DNA of 64,000 nt from Eledone cirrhosa (Eukaryota), in assembly GCA_964016885.1 (NCBI GenBank), contig OZ024760.1, forward strand, positions 28,644,001 to 28,708,000. The letters are read 5' to 3'. The notes under the pieces were generated by a model that was not told the DNA's origin, made no database searches, and was given only the letters and a program-made list of their open reading frames with translations. How positions within the stretch are numbered: the stretch's first letter is position 1; every line of letters starts with the position of its first letter. The translations under genes were made by a program, and so were the position numbers. Positions 56,401-64,000 of the stretch are shown here, in pieces.

Positions 56401-57707
56401 TCTAGCTTCTCTCCTCTTTGTTGCTCCAGTTTTGTAAGTTTTTTTAGGCAGCATTGTTAATGAGCACTATATTGACACTGTATTCCAGTGGCTTTGTCTT
56501 AAAAAAAATTCTTCCTTTTTCCTTTTTCTTTTTTTTTCTATAAGTCTTTAAGTGCCGAAATAGCTTGTGATTAGAAAGCCACTTCACTTACCGCATTTCT
56601 CTGGTCCTGGCAAAGTCGTTGGCTGGTTTTCCTCTCTTCCACGTGTGTACAATCCAGCTCGCCGATCGCAGCCTCAAATCGCACGTCTGTCTCAGTCCGA
56701 TGACCGCCGTAGAAGAGAAAGGGGCCTCTCAAGCTGAGGTCACATCTGCTCGCCCTTCTGGTCGAGCACGCATCCAGTCAAGCACGCACAGCCTCTGGCC
56801 ACTACACACCACACCATACCCACAATGAGCACTATATTGACACACTTGGAATAATGCAATTTGCTTGATTTGATATTCAACACCGAAGAATGTAAAACAC
56901 GTCAAATAATCGACGAAAAACAAAACATAGAGCAAAAGTCCAGGAAATGTCGCAAATACCAAATTGTTCTAAAATGTGACGAATGATAAAAAGTAAAAAC
57001 ATAAATAAAAATATTATATATATATATATATTTTTTCTATATATACACACAATATATAGATATATATATATTTGTGTGTATATACTCATGCATAATTATA
57101 CTTTTAATTAAATATTAGGTTAAAAATCTGAGTATCGAGAATAACATAAGCATGTATTACAACATTTCAAACAAATAGAATAATATAGAATTTAGATATC
57201 AAATCATTTATTTATATTTACAAATCAAAGAATATAATAATCGGTTTTTAATGAGATCCCTGTGATTGATGCAAGGCTACTAATTTGTCAATGTTTGATG
57301 TGAAAGCCATTAGAGAGAGAGTCGTAAATCACCTCTTCTTTCTATATCAATGCGATTTTGACTTTTTGAAAGCAGATGCATCACCTGACTGAAACCTGAC
57401 TGAAAAATAAGATGTGGTGGAAAACAAGTAAAAAAAATTTAACGTTTTTATTCGACGGAATATTGTCTACACTTTTTTTTAGATGCAGTTGCCATTTTAT
57501 CCGAAATATTATATTTTTTAAATAAACAAGAGATTGGTCTTCTAGTCTTATTAGAGATTAAGCATTTTCTTTACGTTGTTGTAGTTAAGGATTCGTAATT
57601 ACACGTGTAATAAGTTATGTGTTTAGAATTATAGCCTAGGGGGCTCACCTAAAGCGACAGTAAAGCCAGGGGGGGGGCGCCCCCTGCCCCCGTTAGTTAC
57701 GCCACTG
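53475..57707 (-). mobile_element. Full-length hAT DNA transposon (ZMYM1-like)
   Basis: TIR CAGTGG(T/C)GTAACTA; 8-bp TSD GTCCTATC at 53467-53474 and 57708-57715; empty site at ~57915-57935. Confidence 0.97.
53806..56454 (-). pseudogene. Disrupted hAT transposase (TTF-type zinc finger, DUF4371-like region, hAT dimerisation domain)
   Basis: WLVYS..YCFCCWLF..HEKSAIH; LAFRGH; VIVDSTIDIS; GQAYDGASNMSG; VHCCAHNLNL; LSDTRW; SAQAERTFSRLKLIKNYLRSTM; in-frame stop at 55558-55560, frameshifts near 55200 and 54950. Confidence 0.95.
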
Positions 57708-58469
57708 GTCCTATCGTGTTGATGTTAAAGTCCATACATCTGTAGGTTTAGCTGGTTCCTATGAAGTTGTATCTCATAGGAGTTTTCTTGGGTGTTTTGA
57801 TGACAGGGGTTCCCAGTCTTATCATGTTGTTACAACTCACACCTATGTAGGGTTAGCCAGCCTCCTGTGTGGTTGTTTCTCATAGGAGGTTTCCTGGGTG
57901 ATTTGATGATATGGGGTTCCAGTCCTATCGTGTTGATGTTACAGTCCACACATATGTAGGTTTAGCTGGTCTCCTATGAAGTTGCATCTCTTAGGAGGTT
58001 TTTTAGGTGTTTTGACAAGGGACCCCATCCTATCCTGGTGTTACAGCTCACACCTTAGATCTAGCCAACATCCTAAGGTTGTATCTTATACGAGGTCTCT
58101 CATGTGTTTTAATGATAGGAGCCCTCCAGTTCTTTCATGTCACCATGTGTTTGTTTGGATAGGTGTGTATTTTATACTGTAAAATATCCCAGGTGTCTAC
58201 ACAGATAAGACACATTTTCTCTTACCTTTCTATTTACAATATACCCGAGTCAGACGTCAGACCCAACATAGGACTAGGTGGTCTGGGACGACAATTTTTA
58301 CTGGCTCCATTCACTTTAGGCTCTACTTCTTTTATCATGTTCCATTAATTGTAAACACTACATGAACACTACATGTACACACACAGACATATATATATAT
58401 CATCATCATCATCGTTTAACGTCTATCTTCCATGCTAGTATAGGTTAGACTATATATATTTATATATCA

Positions 58470-58650
58470 GATAGGGAGGTGGTAAAAACCAGTTAGACCA
58501 TAACCCACCAGAGTGTTCTATACTTGCGGTAGTAGAGTGGGTAATAGGAAAATATTCAGGAGCCCGACGGCTGAGCTCCTGCTGTTTCGACAGCTAGATG
58601 TAGATGTTGAAATGGCAGGAGCTCAGCCGTCTGGGTCCTGAATCTTTTCA
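58470..58650 (-). mobile_element. Diverged F9 element
   Basis: Reverse-complement tail + CCCGACGGCTGAGCTCC inverted arms. Confidence 0.65.
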
Positions 58651-58671
58651 TATATATATATATGTATATAT

Positions 58672-59230
58672 CATCATCATCATCATCATTATTTAACGTC
58701 CATATTCCACGCTTGCATGGGTTTGGACGGGAGTTTTCCCACTTGAGGCAAGATTGGTTGTCTCGCTACCATAGGACTGTCTGGCGGGTTTTCTACAGCT
58801 GGATGCCCTTCCTAACACCAACCACATTTACAGTGTGGGACTGGGAGGTTTTTACCGTGTTGCCTACACGGCCACATTACAGCGTGGACTGTGTGTTTTT
58901 TTGTTGTGACACCTACACGACCTCATTTGTATGGCCTGGATGTTGTGGCACCAACATAACTTTACATTGAAGGGGTGGTGTGGATGGGGTGGGGGTAGTG
59001 GGACGGGGGTGTATTTTGGTTAGAGGTGCCTACTGACTGTAGTAGGTTTCACTTTGTACTTAAGCAAGGCGGGTCTTCTGTATTACTACGTAGCACCAAA
59101 GATCTCGGTCCAGTGACATTGTCTTGGAGAGGTGTAAGTGTGTGAGGTCGGAATTTATCAAGTCGTCCCAGGTTTTTCTGGGTCTGCCTACTCCGTGGCT
59201 ACCGTCTATTTTTATTGCCCTGCACTTTTG
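58672..59230 (-). mobile_element. RTE 3' end + Meta-domain 3'UTR
   Basis: Reverse complement of 20160-20692. Confidence 0.85.
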
Positions 59231-59261
<31 letters not shown>

Positions 59262-59352
59262 TTGTATATATATGTATATATATATATATGTATATATATT
59301 TATATATATATATATATGTATATATATTTATATATATATTTATATATATATT

Positions 59353-59385
<33 letters not shown>

Positions 59386-59845
59386 TTATATATATATTTA
59401 TATATATATATAATATACATATATGTGTATATATTTAAATATATATGTGTATATATTTAAATATATATGTGTATATATTTATATATATATGTGTATATAT
59501 TTATATATATATGTATATATATTTATATATATATGTATATATATTTATATATATATGTATATATATTTATATATATATGTATATATATTTATATATATAT
59601 GTATATATATTTATATATATATGTATATATATTTATATATATATATGTATATATATTTATATATATATATGTATATATATTTATATATATATATATGTAT
59701 ATATATTTATATATATATATATGTATATATATTTATATATATATATATGTATATATATTTATATATATATATATGTATATATATTTATATATATATATAT
59801 GTATATATATTTATATATATATTTATATATAAATATATATATATA

Positions 59846-60025
59846 TAGGAACGAGTAGGACCCCGACGGCTGAGCTCAAGCCGTTCCGACGGCTAATTCT
59901 CGTCGAAACGGCTTGAGCTCAACCGTCGGAGTCCTACTCGTTCCTATTACCCACTCTACTACCCTAAGTATTGAGTACTTTGGTGCGTTATGGTCCACCT
60001 GGTTCCTTACCACATTTCCTTTGTT
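59846..60025 (+). mobile_element. F9 element: ~100-bp hairpin + tail
   Basis: ATAGGAACGAGTAGGAC..GTC-GAAA-CGGCTTGAGCTCAACCGT-C-GGAGTCCTACTCGTTCCTAT. Confidence 0.8.
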
Positions 60026-60186
60026 ATATATATATATATATAATATACATATATGTATATATATTTATATATATATGTATATATATTTATACATGTATAT
60101 ATATTTATATATATATGTATATATATTTATATATATATGTATATATATTTATATATATATGTGTATATATTTATATATATATATGT

Positions 60187-60242
<56 letters not shown>

Positions 60243-60259
60243 CATATATGTACATATAT

Positions 60260-60632
60260 GGAGGCACATGGCTTAGTGGTTAGAGCATTGGCCTTGCAAT
60301 CGAAAGGTTGTGAGTTCAATTCTCAGACCGGGTGAATTGTTGTTTCCTTGAGCAAGACACTTTATTTCACATTGCTCCAGTTTACTCAGCTGTAGAAATG
60401 AGATGATAGGACTTGGGTCCCTATTATTCCCATGCAAAGTGGACGTGTAGGTGCCATGGAATAAAAGTACCCAGCCCACACTGTAAAGTGGACGTGGAAG
60501 TGCCACGGCATAAAAGCACCCAGTACTCACTGTAAATGGGGTTGGTGTTAGGAAGGACATCCAGCTATAGAAATCAAGCCAGAATCAGTTCCCGTCCCAC
60601 CCTTGCAAGCAGGGAAAAGTGGACGTAAAATG
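60260..60632 (+). mobile_element. Full-length tRNA-head CORE/Meta SINE with RTE tail
   Basis: A box TGGCTTAGTGG, B box GTTCAATTC, CCTTGAGCAAGACAC, TAGGAAGGACATCCAGC; tail shared with the RTE at 50570-50612. Confidence 0.9.
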
Positions 60633-60671
60633 AAAAGAATGAATGAATGAATATATATACATATATATATA

Positions 60672-60914
60672 TATGTAGGAGGTGTGTTTTATTGTAGTAC
60701 AATAAAGCAATGCAAATATCGGATAAGTAGCACTCTACAGTTTGTAGGACTGGATATGTTGATTTAAAACTTCACTATTCACAAGTGTTTTTTAACCTTC
60801 ATATCATGTATCCCTCTTTTATCTGACGAAAACGCAAATGTCATCTTATGATGATATTTGTTTTTGAAATGCGCATAATAACATACTTGGAACTCTTTTA
60901 ACCATCTTTAGATC

Positions 60915-60917
<3 letters not shown>
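60672..60917. mobile_element. F8 element, rearranged; hammerhead at 60819-60881 (plus)
   Basis: TTAT-CTGACGA-[CAAATGTCATC/GATGATATTTG]-GAAA-TGCGCAT-A-ATAA. Confidence 0.8.
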
Positions 60918-63403
<2,486 letters not shown>

Positions 63404-63405
<2 letters not shown>

Positions 63406-63574
63406 TATAGAAATTACATGAATCAAAGTTCTGTTTAAGCCATTTATTCGTGAATAAATGGTTTAAACAGAACTTTGATTCATGTAATTTCTATATAACT
63501 GCTCTGTAAAACAACTGATGTTATTATATTGTGCTATTTATCTTACTGGTAATAAGGTAGTAATAAATTACTGT
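63404..63574. mobile_element. 94-bp near-perfect hairpin + pLTR-like tail
   Basis: 46-bp arms with one mismatch and a 2-nt loop; tail homologous to the reverse complement of 46528-46645. Confidence 0.7.
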
Positions 63575-63683
63575 CTTTCACTGTGTAGGGTTGAAAATAT
63601 ATATAACTATAAAAGGTTTTAGTATATACATAACCATAAATAGTATCCTTAATACTATATTTATATATATATATTTATATACA

Positions 63684-63944
63684 TATGTAGGAGGTGAGTT
63701 TTATTGTAGTACAATAAAGCAATGCAGATATCGGATAAGAAGCACTCTACAGTTTGTAGGACTGGAGTATACATAATATATAAGATCAAAAGATGGTTAA
63801 AGGAGTTCCATGTATTTTATTATGCGCATTTCAAAAACAAACATCATCATGCAATAATATTTGTGTTTTCATCAGATAAAACAGGAGGACATGATATGAA
63901 GGCTAAAAAACACTTGTGGATAGTACAGTTTTAAATCAACATAT
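63684..63944 (-). mobile_element. F8 element, colinear copy; hammerhead at 63815-63881 (minus)
   Basis: UUUUAU-CUGAUGA-[CAAAUAUUAUU/GAUGAUGUUUG]-GAAA-UGCGCAU-A-AUAAAA. Confidence 0.8.
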
Positions 63945-64000
63945 GAAAAGTAATTTTAGATTGATGTGTGATATTGGGAAAAATATTTTATTTAGAGAGG

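Larger units (their letters stand above)
53290..58130. repeat. Degenerate ~107-bp tandem repeat interrupted by the hAT element
   Basis: GTAGGTTTAGC..GGAG(G)TTT(C/T)CT(G/T)GGTGTTT..CCAGTC(C/T)TATC units on both sides of the insertion. Confidence 0.8.

Noticed and set aside
53806-56454. Host ZMYM1 gene
   Set aside because: Intronless, disrupted, and bounded by TIRs and a TSD: a transposon.
60260-60332. tRNA gene
   Set aside because: A/B boxes are present but run into SINE body and tail; multicopy SINE head (also 23385, 19366, 42945).

Overview
Repeat-dominated, AT-rich eukaryotic non-coding DNA with a 200-N gap at 20-219. The tRNA-head/Meta/Nin-type SINEs, RTE LINE tails ending in (ATG)n and very long (TA)n tracts suggest an octopod cephalopod; this is an inference. 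No intact host gene is recognisable, and most ORFs in the track are microsatellite translations. Supported contents: (1) a complete but disabled 4.2-kb ZMYM1-like hAT transposon (53475-57707) with TIRs, an 8-bp TSD and an empty site nearby; (2) non-autonomous Helitrons, one with its empty site in the window; (3) RTE, Tx1/L1 and CRE-type LINE fragments; (4) piggyBac-, Tc1- and pogo-type MITEs; (5) several minisatellites. The most striking hidden signal is roughly ten sequence-unrelated short element families embedded in (TA)n tracts, usually as inverted pairs. Each carries a minimal type I hammerhead ribozyme (stem I-CUGANGA-stem II-GAAA-mostly palindromic stem III-NUH-stem I), with compensatory stem changes between copies and several non-canonical cores. 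This is consistent with Penelope-like pLTR or retrozyme-like mini-elements. Coordinates were counted by eye and may be off by a few bases.
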